Part shown: positions 37,658 to 50,300 of the stretch, piece by piece
How positions within the stretch are numbered: the first letter of the stretch is position 1
Layout of the letters: each line of letters opens with the position of its first letter
Source of the DNA: Eukaryota sp. GEM-RC1
Taxonomy: Eukaryota
Direction: 5' to 3'
Assembly: GCA_040285855.1 (NCBI GenBank)
Contig: JAUFOQ010000003.1
Span: 2,480,001 to 2,544,000, forward strand
Length of the DNA stretch: 64,000 nucleotides
Program-made: the position numbers and the translations under genes
The notes under the pieces: model-generated
The model's database searches: none
The model's input: only the letters and a program-made list of their open reading frames with translations
What the model was told of the DNA's origin: nothing

Positions 37658-38383
37658 TAAAACTTTGTTTTTTAAATATTTAATTTTATTATAAATTAAA
37701 TAGATCAAACAACTAAAATTTGATATCATTAAAGCAACACCCGTCGCTATCGAACCTTACAACAGCTTTTGTCCTCATAAAATTAACTCAAATCTAATTA
37801 AGCTTTGGAGATGATTAGGAGAATTGTTTTAAAAACAGTAAAAACGATCCGATTCAACCATAACATAAGATCAAAACGTTTGTTCATCCTATTTTTAACG
37901 ATATTTGCGAAATCGTTTAAACAATTCAATGCACTTTTTCCTAAACGTCCACAAATTGGAAACAGCAAAGGGCATAATTCGTATTCAACATGTTTTACAT
38001 GTTTTAAAGCCATCAATGGTTTCTTGTACGTATCCTGTTTGGCTTTATTCAGAAATGTCTAAAGGGGAAGTTTCAGAGTAAGCATTCTTTAAAGATGTCT
38101 TTATACAAACATCCCCTGACACTACATCAACAACAAACAATTTGTCTGCAGAAGAAGGAACAACAACATCTGATCTACTGTTTACCAAAAATTGTTTCCG
38201 TTTTTCGACATTACAATTATAACTTGCTTCTAAAGATCTTAGAAGTGGTTCAACAAATGACTCAATTTTGTAAGACTTACACATAGCATGTATTTGATTT
38301 CTTACAGCATCATGCAAACACGTTCGATACGTTATGTAGCGATTACAACTTAACAGATGAGAAAACGTTAATTGTTTGGATAA

Positions 38384-39708
38384 ATGTCAAATTTGCTCAT
38401 TTCCCAAATCAATAATTCACACATACTCAAAATGAAATCAAAAACTCACGATAGGTTTTATACTATAATGACACTCATACAAGGTGCTACCTTTTCATCC
38501 AAAGCTCTCTTAAAAGAAGCTATACAGGAAGAATACTTAATTCAAAAGCGCAGCTTTAGAACCACACAGAGCACCCCTAAGCGCTATAATGTACGATGCC
38601 AAGAAGATGGGTGTTCTTGGAAACTTTCCGCTTATGCTCTTAAAGCTGACTCTATCTTTATAATACACTCCCTGACTCTTGATCACAGCTGCTCTGGGTT
38701 AAGAACACCTCATTCTTCGTTAACAGCATCCAAAATAGCCACTATAACTCCTGTAAGAACAGCCATCCAACAGAACCTACAAACAAATGGCTCTACAATT
38801 AAAACTTTTGTAGCTTCTAGCGGTGTTTCGGTAAATTACCAAAATGCTTACAGAGCCCAGAAAATCATTAAGACCGATTTGTATGGTACTTATGAAGAAT
38901 CCTATTCTGAACTGAACTCATACGTTCATGAACTGCGCCACTCATACAATGAACCTATTATCCGTCTGGAAATCAAAGCAGGAAACTTTTCCAGGGTGTT
39001 TATTTGGTTTAAAGAACTAGTGGAATGCTACAGATATTGCAAGAAGCTAATCGCGATAGATGGGTGCCATCTGTATGGTAAGTACAAGGGAGTGTTGTTG
39101 ACTGCTGTATGTCAAGATGGATTTGGTCATATTCTTCCGATTTGCTGGGCTATTGTGAGTGGGGAGAACGAAGACAATTGGACGTGGTTCTTTCAACATC
39201 TCAGAATTGCCTTGAGAGATTTGCCTGATGACTTTTCCCTAATGTCAGATCGGGACAAAGGATTGATAAAAGGAGCAGTGAATGTATTTGGTGAAGATGT
39301 ACCACATAGTTTCTGTCTCGTTCATTTGAAAAGAACTTTGAGACAAAATTTAGAGGTGGAAAAAAGTTCTCTCATTTGATTGACTACGCAGGTCGTTGTT
39401 ACAATCAAAATCAATTTGATACTGCATTGAATGCCATTGCAGAATGGAATGCTGGTGCTTTTGAATGGTTGTCTGACATTGATGAACGATTTTGGACCCG
39501 TATACAATTCCCAAAAACGAGGTATGGACATGTTACTAACAATTTGAGTGAGTCCTTTAATAACTCTATCAAATTGGAGAGAGGTGAGAATGTAATCATT
39601 TTATTGGAGGCAATACGGAGAAAAACTATGGTCAAAATGAGCGAAAGACTGGACAAAGCGAAGAAAACAGCTACAATGAACATCATTTGGCAAATTATAT
39701 GGCCATAA
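38384..39708 (+). mobile_element. MuDR-type transposase fragment (3'-truncated, one frameshift near 39360)
   Basis: DNA-binding motif C..GCSW..HSC; catalytic AIDGCHL, MSDRDKGL, FCLVHL and NNLSESFN; SWIM domain missing. Confidence 0.88.
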
Positions 39709-40159
39709 ATAACAACGAAGTCTCATTGTAGTGGTCCATTGATGATCATTTAATAATAGACCATACACTTGTGAAATTTGATTAATTAATGCCACAGCAA
39801 AACTCTCCTTTAAATCAATAAAAAATTAGCGAAAACTGGATTTTCTTCCTTAGCCGAGTGAAGAAGGATTTGAAAATCCAAACTTTCAAAATATTTTAAT
39901 AAATGATTTTGGCGCTTTTTTTAAAGAATACTTTAAAGACAAAATGTTTCGACATGGAATTTCTTTGATATCAACAGGAAAGCAAGGTGACCATAACTCA
40001 GGAGAAAGATCTCCTATTTCACCACGGAGATTTCAAATTAATTGAAAATTTAAGATTAAGATAAAAACTGCAAGTACTTTCAAGAAGCGAAGTTCTTGAT
40101 GGATATCGATTGCCAAACTCGAATACCAAATTCTTTCCACCGCCAATGAAAGCTGCTTT

Positions 40160-40251
40160 TGTTAGCCACAGGTGTTAGTGAAGTGTTACAAGATCATATT
40201 ATTTTTATTTATAAACATCTTTTCCCTACCCTTTGTAGCTAACCGGTATCA
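40160..40251 (+). repeat. Solo LTR (92 bp) of the old gypsy family
   Basis: TG...CA ends, 4-bp TSD CTTT on both sides, and a match to the LTR at 13748. Confidence 0.88.
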
Positions 40252-41595
40252 CTTTAGTCCACCATTTAGAAGATGTCCCAAACCTCCAAGATATGGACTG
40301 GAAAATGTGTGGTTATTTAAAAGTATGGGGTTGACTTGAAGAAGAAATGAAAGAAGGTCTGTGACAATTTTGTTAAAAGCTCTACAGAAATCATACGATA
40401 ATTCAGGAGCAATGGATCTTAATAGATGAGTAATTTTACCAGAATAACAAATTTTGAGCATGAAGAATTTTAAGTGTCTTTCAATTTCAAGAACGTTAAT
40501 CTTATCCAACTCTTGTTGAATCGAAATCAAGTAGTCATCAAGGTTTTTGACACTATCTTCCTTTTTACCAAAAAAAACAATCAAGAAATCTTAAACTTGA
40601 AGCAGAATAACTAATGAAAGGGACTTCAATTGAATTGTTAATAACTTTGGTTCTTTTCCTATGACGAAACATTTTTGACTATTTACATTTAAACCAATCT
40701 CTTCATACAAAGTGACAGCTTCTGTAGAAATTGCTTGTATAGTCTCAAAAGGTGCAATAAAAGAAATGTCATCCATATAAGTCACAATTTTAAAATCCTT
40801 ATACTTGGATTTAAGATAGTTAAGGATGGGGTAAATAGCAAGGCATAATAAGAAAGGACAAATGACAAAGGGGAAAAATATTTCTGAGCTTTGTTCAAAA
40901 TGATCAAGAGGATCACATTGTTTAACACCGGTTAGTGAAGAAAGATTAGCCGAGTTGTAGACCAAATCAGACGAATTGCCATAAAGGTTCAAAACAAAAT
41001 TGCCAATTTTGATGTTTAAAAAAAGATTTGATGTCACAGCTGCAACTGAAGCACCATCAATTGTTTTAATTCCATACTGAAAAGGGGAAAAATATTTCTG
41101 AGCTTTGTTCAAAATTCTAGAGAACACTAGAGATGAGAAAAGTCTATATATTGATTCCCCGACAGCAAACGCTTCCGTTTATCATTTTAATCATAGTTGC
41201 GAATCACAAATTTTTGTGATGTGATTTTGTGATGTGATTGTTGTGACTCACAAAATCACAAAGGCATTCATTTGTGATGTGAAATTGTGATTGATGTGAT
41301 ATCCAATATCACAAAGTTAAAAATTTGTGATTTTGTGATGTGATTGTTGTGACATGTAATTGTTTAGATTTTACATTACATTGTGTTTATTACCATCATA
41401 AACAATGACAAGTACATTACAAGAATTCTGTTCACCAACTTATGAGATAGAAGTAAATTTATCGTCGGAACTGATGATGCATTTAATGTCTGTTAGTTCT
41501 TTTAACACATAAAAAAACGCCTTTAATTTACTCTCTAACAAATAAATGTCTTAATATAACCCATCTATCTTAGAGCCCATGGAAGAACATAACTA

Positions 41596-42884
41596 CAGTC
41601 TACCCTGGATGTAGTGCGCTCATTTTGGTACGCACTATATCCAAAAGCGCACTATATAGAGTAAAATGCTTGTGCACGATGATCATTGTAGATGTGGTCT
41701 TTATTGTTTATAAACTAGGTTCTCAGTACGTTTGTCTAGAAGATGAGCAAGGTCACGGTTCCGGAACAGCTGAAGACCGGGAGCAGTGTTCGTGTAATTT
41801 TATGAGGGTGGTTTGCGGTGAAAGTGTGTACATCCGGATTCCTAATCAATTGACTTAGCAACACTTAGTTCTCTGCCCATTCAACATGAGGAAGATAAGA
41901 GTGAAGTTGTGAAAAGGTCAGACGGTTCCCAAAACCTCACAAGCGTAGTTTTCAAGTAACTTACGACAGGAAGTGGTGCCTACAAAGTTCTGAAGCACCT
42001 CAAACCCATTAAAAGCCCACCATTCTCTGAGGAAGTGGTGATTCTCAGAATTCTTCTCAATATCTGCAAAATACACACCCAATGCATTGTTAATGGCATC
42101 GGTTCCTTCTATATCAATAGAGAGAGGAGATGTCAAAGAGAAAACTGAGATGCTCTCATTGAAGAATAGAAGTTGTCTCATATAAAGAGTAACGTCCACA
42201 AAGATCACGGAAGCAACTATTGATGTATTCTCATATTGAGAAAGGATAACGCGATGAAGTTTATTGATGGAAGAAGGCTATAACAAAAGTGATGGAATGC
42301 ACCAAAAGAAAACATGGCACGACAGAAGGAGATATGATATACCAACAGAGTTGGAGGAGACAAAATGTCTGGCCAGTGAAAAGCAGTGTTTGAAAACCAC
42401 CCGGATGGCACCCGGTTTCACCCATCACCCGGGTGGCGTCTGAGTGGTACTGGGTGGATAATTTTAGTCTTACCATCATCTTCAATCCATGACTTCCTGA
42501 ATACATACTTCGTTGTTCAACGTGTCCTGAATACAATTATTTTAACGGGAGTTATTTCTAGGATCAGATAGGCTAGTATCATCTTATTTATATATTTTTC
42601 AGAGGGTTGTGTTAATCCCAAACCTGTACAAAGTTCTTCATTGTTAGTTATTGTATATCACACGCTGCTAAAATACTTTCAGTTTCATCGTATATGGTGA
42701 ATAAAGTAGTTTTTGCACCAAAACTTATGTCTCGTTCTTTAATGCCACCCGGTGACCACCCGGGTGGAACTGAAAACCACCCGGACGCCACCCGGTTCCA
42801 CCCACCACCCGAACACTGGTGAAAAGAGCGCACTATATCCAGGGCGCACTATATAAAGTAGCGCACTTTATCCAGGGTAGACTG
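41596..42884. mobile_element. Pogo/Tc1-type non-autonomous element
   Basis: TA TSD, TIR CAGTCTACCCTGGAT(G/A), and GCGCACTATAT subterminal repeats. Confidence 0.88.
42384..42818. mobile_element. hAT-type MITE with CACCCGG repeats nested in the pogo element
   Basis: 8-bp TSD GTGAAAAG and TIR CAGTGTT(T/C)G. The empty site is visible in the paralogous copy near 11985. Confidence 0.88.
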
Positions 42885-43088
42885 TACATGTAGTTGTTCG
42901 TAATGAATAGTAATAAGTGTTGGTGTCATGACTCATCAGGACCTTTACCCCTTAATAAATTCACTTTTCTCTAATCATATGAATATAAGACCAACAATAA
43001 TTATTGTGGCCTTTGCAAGAAAGCCCTTGCCACAAACTGTATGTGTTCTAAGGAGCATTCCACTCCTTCAGTAACTTCTAATCCAAGT

Positions 43089-43330
43089 CCTAGTTCTGAC
43101 CTAGGCACTAATCAAACCCTGGTTCCGTTCTAGGTAATAGTCAAAACCCTAGTTCCGTTCTAGGTACCACTAACCAAACCCTAGTTCCATCCTAGGTACT
43201 ACTTCAAACCCTAGTCCCGAGCTAGGTAATAAACCTAGTCCCGACAGGTAAACTCAAGTCCAGTTCCGACCTGGCATCCAAGTCCTAATTCCGACCTAGG
43301 CAATAGTCACTCCCCTAGTTTTGTCCTATG
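43089..43330. repeat. Degenerate tandem array, period about 30 bp, with CCTAG-N7-CTAGG cores
   Basis: About 9 units with palindromic cores and variable 7-15-nt linkers. Confidence 0.75.
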
Positions 43331-43482
43331 TAAAACTCATAAGACCACGTCCGTTTCACTCCTAACAAGATACCTGAATCCTGTGTTCCAAAATTACCCC
43401 CAACATCGTTAGGCTTCGTAATACCGTGAACAGACTCTCTAGTACCTCAACCTCTGATCACTCAGACTCCTTGAAGAGAACT

Positions 43483-43940
43483 ATGGAATGTCGAAATATT
43501 ATCGTATTATTACTAGTATTTACGCTGATTATACGTGTAATTTATCTTGGGGATAGACTCAATTCCGACCGGACACCAAAGGTTGCTGTTCTCCAGAACA
43601 CCGTCTCTGTTTCGAACACTTCTTCATCTTCCACGGACTTTCAGGTAACAACACCTGACCCCGTTAAGAAACCAAAGGTATACGGTATTAATCTATCACC
43701 AGTTTGGTAGTCTACAACGTAGCTGATGCAGCATTAAAACAAAGAACCTTCTATCACTAATGCTGTATTTGAGGAGACAGCTTTCCGAAAGGACAGCAAT
43801 CCCCAAAGGATTGCCCTTTCCTAACAACCTTGTTGGGTCTATCAGATTCAAAAGGGCACTGTCGTTTTTTTATGTCTATCAATAAAGTACAGTTTCCAAA
43901 TGGCCAATAGACACAGCTACTCCAGTTCCGTCCTGGCAAC
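43483..43940 (+). pseudogene. Truncated type II membrane protein-like ORF
   Basis: MECRNIIVLLLVFTLIIRVIYL signal anchor and an S/T-rich stem, then premature stops. It is followed by a non-LTR fragment. Confidence 0.35.
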
Positions 43941-43961
43941 TAATCCTTAGGACTCCAACAC

Positions 43962-44400
43962 TCAGGATTCTACTCCTGCTCTATATAGGATTTTTAGCAT
44001 CCTTAAAAGCCATCTTTTGCAAATATCCACAGTAATCACAGCAACAACCGTTAGTGCATCATTGACTAATGGAACGATGACATCAGCGCTTGTTTGACCA
44101 AAGGTCTTATCAGAATCACTTTTTTTAAAATTTCTGGTTTCAAGTGATCTCAACAGTGGATCAACGAAAGATTCGATTTTGTAGGACTTACACATTACAT
44201 GAATTTAATCTCTGGCAGCATCATGAATGCAAATTCATTAAGTAATAAGACGATTGCAACTCAAAAGGTGAGAAAAAGTAACTAATTTACCACATTTACA
44301 TTCAAGATCATTAGGTAGGATAGAGGGCCACAAGAAACATCGAAGTCTAAATGTTGTAGTCCATTGATGATTATTCAACAACAATACACAAATCTGTGGA
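43962..44400 (-). mobile_element. CRE-like non-LTR fragment
   Basis: MCKSYKIESFVDPLLRSL..ADVIVP..VDIC, paralogous to 38045-38317. Confidence 0.7.
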
Positions 44401-44864
44401 ATATGGTTAAAAATTTAAAATCCAAAAATGGTCAGAATGAAGTTACTCTACCAGAACTTCCGTATCTGGATGATTTCGTGAATGCCGTTGCAAATATTGT
44501 CCACCCAGGCTCTAGTCTTGTCCATTCTTCCTACTCCATCCCTTGTAGTTATGCCCACGATACAGATGTTTGAATGGCGCAACCTTTGTTCTTTCTAGAT
44601 CTTCTTGAAATAAATACTCATTGTTGAGAATGGAGATGCACAGTGCGTTTATTCTATATAGCGTATGTTGATACAGTCCCGCTATAAACAGTTTTGATTG
44701 TACTTAGTTATATTTTCAGGGGATTTTTGCGGGGGAGTCAAGTAATGTTGAAATTGTAAGAAACTAGTGGTAGAGAACAATTAACAACAACATTGATGTG
44801 AAACACTGTTTGTTTAAACAGACAAAAAGACACAGAATTTTGTAATATACAAATATGGTGGACC

Positions 44865-46675
44865 TTACACTGAGACGCCAACATTACACTGGAAAAACTG
44901 ATTGTTTCCAAATCCTTTGATTTTCTTGTCATCACTGTGAACAATGAAATGTTCGTTTCCAGCAACAACTGATACAGAATGTCCAAGTGCTTTAAGCTTT
45001 TGAGGTTTGTGAACACAACTGTGCATATCTTCGTCATCAGATCGCATCATGTATTTATTAAAATGGACACGTTTTTCTTTAATATAAACCGTGAAGGATT
45101 GCCCTCCGTCAAAACAATCAACCGAAGAATCAATTTTGATTGGAGATTGATTATCAGTTGAGTTATTGTTTTGAAAACCACGACCAAATCCGTACAATTC
45201 CTTAGAATCCGACAAAACGAGACTATGAAATGCCCCACAAGCAACAGATGAAACAGGGAAAGAAAGGTCTAACTTACGAGGATGGAAAACAGACAACCTA
45301 CTTCCTCTCATTATTTGACCACATTCATTACTCCCAGTTACATAAACATTTCCATTGACTGTGAGAAATAAAGAATGAACAACTCCACATTTGACCGCTT
45401 GAATAGGTTCAGGAAAAGAAATCTGTTTTGGTATTGTAATTATGGTAACATTTCCTCCACCTCCAATTTGACCATTTGAGTTGTTCCCAAAACCAAATAC
45501 GTGACCACCAGAAGTAATCAAAAACGAATGGCAATCTCCAGCAGCAATTGAGATTACTTCATCAGTTATTGAATAATCAGAGAGAGGAATAGGTACAAAA
45601 GAGCTACAATCACGACAATGATTGAGCCCTAACTGTCCAAAATTGTTTTTCCAGTGACATAAACCTTCTTCTTCCAAGTAAGTACCAATGAATGAGATCC
45701 ACCACAAACCACATCAGTTACATGGTCATTGTCATCAATCATGACTATGGGAATTTCTTCAGACCTGATCCCTGACGTATCAAACCCAAGAGCACCAAAG
45801 GTATTCCTTCCACAACCATAAAGACGATTGTTGTTGATATAAAGAGAATGCCAAGAACCTGCAGACATTGAAGTGATACATTGAAGTGAAGACAGTTTGG
45901 AGATCAGATCAAATAAAGGTATTGGAGTTGATGAAAGTATGTGGTTCAGACGAACAAGCGTTTCATTAGGTAAGCAAGTGGCAACACCAGATTGAAGAAG
46001 TCCTGATAAGTCAATCAAGGGATTATCGACAACATCGTAAGATGATAGATCATTTAAAACCATGAAGGGATCCAAAAGAGGACGGTGTGACTGAAAAACA
46101 ATAGCACCAGGTGAAATGTGAAGAACATTATTTGATGACTCAGAATTGGTAAGAACCTTGTGACCGTGAAGAAATCTTAGTAAGAAGCAAAGAGCGTTGA
46201 GGATGGAAAGAAGATTGTGAGGATTCCAGACATTTGCGGCAAAAGAGGCAGTGATCTGAGTTGGAGAGACGAGGACTTTAGCAGAATCATTGTTAAGAAC
46301 ATCAACAACTGGAAGAATGTGTGGATGAAACAGGTATAACAGACAAGGAGGTACCTCTATTTGGAAAGGAGACTGTAGTAAAGTACAGTCGATGGAAGAA
46401 ATCTGTGTATGTACGAATTTACGATCAGTAGCCTCGGAAATAACTGTGGTAAATCGCTGCAGTAGAGTGTGATGGTCAGCATGCGTAAAGCGTTGTCGGA
46501 TATCGATTGCCTGCTCTAGAAGGTCGCGATTGAGGATAGGTCTTTTGAGGGAACGAACGCCACACAAACACCGTTCTTTGTCCCAGCACGCCAAACAGAA
46601 AGAATGTCCATGTTTACAAACAACCAAGGGGATATTATTATCAGAAAACAACACGAAACAAGATTGGCATGACAT
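44865..46675 (-). CDS. RING - degenerate kinase-like segment - RCC1 repeat protein (one frameshift near 45648)
   Basis: CQSC..VCKHGHSFCLAC; HPHILPV..LRFLHG; RCC1 repeats (AGSWHS, CGGSHS, GxNxxGQLG, AGDCHS, CGAFHS). An A5 run here is A6 in the paralogue, which explains the frameshift. Confidence 0.85.
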
Positions 46676-47267
46676 ATTGAAGAAAAGAACAGTTTTGTTT
46701 ATGATTCTTTAGTCTGTGTTATGTCTATTGTTGTCTGTAATGATTCCAACAAAAACTTGCTAAATCTAATGCTAAAAACCCCCTGTTGATTGGTGAAAAA
46801 TTTATAATGGAAAAATATTGTGCTAAATAAAAGAAACGGGGTTTATGATCAGTCAGTGAAACAAATGCATTTGTAGAAGTTAATAACTAACAGACACTTA
46901 CTAAAGTATCTAAACTATGATCCTTCTGTCCATCACCGAAAATTGAATTAAAATATCTGTGCATTGAACGAAACAACGCAAACGTTAACCTACTCAACCA
47001 AAAATTTTCATTGAAAACTTTACGGTACTCAGAATACAATTTACCAAAGAAAGTTAAAAAACCTTGTGCAGCTCGTCCAATATTACCGTATATCGGTATC
47101 GCAAAAGGTTGAAACACAAAAGAATTGTACCTGTCAACATTCAATTGGTTAATTAAGTGACAGTACTTTGTATATTTCCCTTTCCAGCCACTTCAAGAGC
47201 AGAAAAATCATCATCAAAAATTTTGCAAATTGATCTTGAATTACAAGGATCAACAGTTGTGAAATCC

Positions 47268-47376
47268 TGTTGATTATCTAGCTTATTTATCTATAGAATT
47301 TACTTTTCCTTTTGTCATACATAAACCTCTATGTCATTTTCAAATCCTAACATTAGTTTAAGAGGCAAAGTCAACA
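47268..47376 (+). repeat. 5' LTR
   Basis: Identical to 53566-53674. Confidence 0.97.
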
Positions 47377-50300
47377 ATTATAATTGTGACACAACCTACG
47401 TCACCGCTACCGATGATGAGAACCACTCATCCTCTCGATTTGAACCCAGCCGCCGCCAAGTGAATGCCGCCGCTACCATGTCCCTCCGTCCAACCAGAGA
47501 GTTGTTCGCAGGAGAATTTTATGACGATGAAGATGATCGCAACGATCGTCGCAGAACCATCATGGACTCCGCACTTGGAAGACGTGGAATCCGATCCCAG
47601 ATCCCGATCCTGAAAAGCCTAGAGACGAACCGAATCCTCTCTTGGATCGATGACCTTGCCGCCTACGCCGTGGCCAAAGACGATTTAGATAACGAAATAT
47701 TGAACACCTACCTTTTTGACATCCCAGCTGAAGAGCCTCAACCAGCTGAAGAACCTCCCATATCTTCCCTTGAAGCCCTCCTCTCTCTTAATTTGTCTTC
47801 TGAACTCCGAGAACAACTCGAAGCCGCCCATGAAGACCTCACTGCCTTACCCGCTGAAGCTCCTGATGATATAGAAGAGACTGCTGCCACTACGCCTCAA
47901 CATCCAGACGATGATCCATCTCCTCCAGCCGATTTCCATCTCCACATATCTAGAGATGTGATTGACTCAATTCGGCTCATTTCCCCCATCCTCCTTAGAT
48001 TCTCAACCCCAACTTTGGGAATTCCTTCTCGATCTCACTCGAGTTAAGTCACTCGATCAAGCCATCCGCTTGCTTTCTACTGTCGCTATGGATCACAAGA
48101 TCCGCGATCCTTTGCTCGTCTCTTTGATTATGTCGCTGCTTTCACTAAACTCCGAAGGCGCTTACGCAAACTCGCTATCCCTGAAAAGCAATTCATGCTG
48201 GAATATCTGAAAAAGCTCAAGCCTGAGTCTATCTCTGCTGCCCTAAAGAAATCTGTAGACTTCAAACAGATCACTTCCCTTTCTGAACTCATTCAAGAGT
48301 CCTACTCTCTTCTCACTACTCACTTAGAACATTCTTCTCGTCTCAAATCGGTTGAACATCTTCAACGCCAAGAACGCCCCCAATCCTCTAGAAACAACTC
48401 CTCCAGAAACCGTAACTTCTCCCGATCTCCAATCAGATCTCCTAGATCCAATCCTTCTCCTTACCCTGCTACTCCCCGATCTAACTTTTCTTCACCAACT
48501 ACCCCCAAATTTTCCACTCCACGATCCAGTCCCAACACTCCTGATAAAAGCTCCATCACCTGCTTCAACTGCAATAAGATCGGGCATTACGCTAACGAAT
48601 GCCGCTCCTCTCCTGCCAGACGACCATATAACCCAAGAAATCCGACGATGCTGAAGAACCATAACTTCCGTAATAGAAATACGGCTAAGGTGTCCCAGCC
48701 TATCAATGCTCCTAAAGCTCATATTAGCTCTCTTTTATCAGACTCTGATTCTGACAGCCCAAAGTATTCTCGCACCTCCGCTAAAGGCCTCTTCCAGGTC
48801 TCCCAGAAATCTCCTCTTCTTGAACTAGATGTACTAGTGGGCCAAAGAAAAGTCCGTGGCTTAATTGACACAGGGTGCATTAAATCCTGTATTACCTCCG
48901 ATCTTGTAGACCCCACTCATGGAACTATTGACAAATCCAAGGTTAGTGAATTCGAAGTAGCCGATGGTCGAATTGTTAGAAGCCTTGGACGCTTTCATAC
49001 CGAACTTTCACTTCTCATGGGAAATGAATCCCCTAAGAGAATCCATCTCGAAGTTAAACTTCCTATCCTAGAAGGTTCTAACCAACTATTAATTGGTTGT
49101 GATATTTTGAAATGTCTGGGTCTGCTCACTTCCGAAGGCCTCAGTATTAGAATCAATGAAAAGCGCAACACTCTACTTACTGCCGAAGACGACTTCGATC
49201 ACTTGATCCAGTCGCCCCCCAAAGCTGCTTCTACCAAAGAACCCACTTCTTCCTTTGACGAATGTAGAATTGAACTTCCTCCCTCAACGAAAAAGAAACT
49301 TTTAGAACTATTGAAATCTAAAGAAGACGCTTTTGGACCTCCTCATCCAGACGGAATCGATGCTCCACCTATGTCCCTCGAATACCACGACGAGTCCTCC
49401 ATTGTGAACAAGCCGCCCAGGAAGATCAACCCCGCCAGACTTGAAATAGCTAATGGGATCTTCGATGAATTAACCTCAGCTGGATTTGCCGAAGAAGTCC
49501 CTACTGACTGCCCATATGGTAGCCCAATTGTCCTTGTCACCTATGATGATCATAGAAAACCTCGCTTAACCGGAGATTATTCCGGAGCGGATGGAGTTAA
49601 CGCAAAATCCGTAAACGTTGAAGCCAATCTGCCTAGAATTTCTGACATAATAGAATTCCTGAGCAACGCCAACTTCATTGCTACTCTCGACCTGCCCAGA
49701 GCTTTTTGGCAGCTCAAAATTCGTGATGAAGATTTCAACAAGACAACTTTGAAGATCCCTGGTCGCGCCGTTCGATTTACAAGAGCCGCCTTTGGCCTAA
49801 AGAACGTTCCCGCTGTTTTTCAAAACACTATGGTTGAAATTTTCAAGAACATTCCCAATGTCTTTATTTATTTAGATGACATCATCATCGCTGCTCAAGA
49901 TGAAGAATCTTTCCTATTATCTTTGAAACTCATTTTAGATCAATGTATAGCTCGGAGAGTCAAACTTGGGAAGAAGAAATGCTCTTTTGTCACCAGCGAT
50001 TCTGAAGTAAAGATCCTGGGAAGCATTTTTCAGAAAGGCACTCGACGTATCGACCAAGATAGGATCAATGCAATCTTGGACATCCCAATTCCAACCAACA
50101 TCCATGAACTCCGAAGTTTCATAGGATCCATCAACTACATCAGAGATTGGCTCCCGAACATCTCGTGTCTCCTCAAACCGCTAACAGAACTGCTGAAAAA
50201 GATGAGGGAAAGCCAGATTCCCAATCACCACCAAAAAAAATTATGAAGTCTCAGATAAGAAAACGCTGGACTCCGAAACACACCAAGTGCTTCAAAGATA

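Larger units (their letters stand above)
37798..41165 (-). mobile_element. CRE-like non-LTR retrotransposon (RT + ZnF + RLE), degenerate, interrupted by a MULE fragment and a solo LTR
   Basis: QYGIKTIDGA, GVKQCDPL, YMDD, KITHLLRS, MRLRCYLWP, HDAVRNQI..EPLL, RSDVVV and PLLFPICGRLG. Confidence 0.82.

Noticed and set aside
43089..43330. CRISPR array
   Set aside because: The repeats are degenerate, the spacers are only 7-15 nt and similar to each other, there are no cas genes, and the context is eukaryotic.
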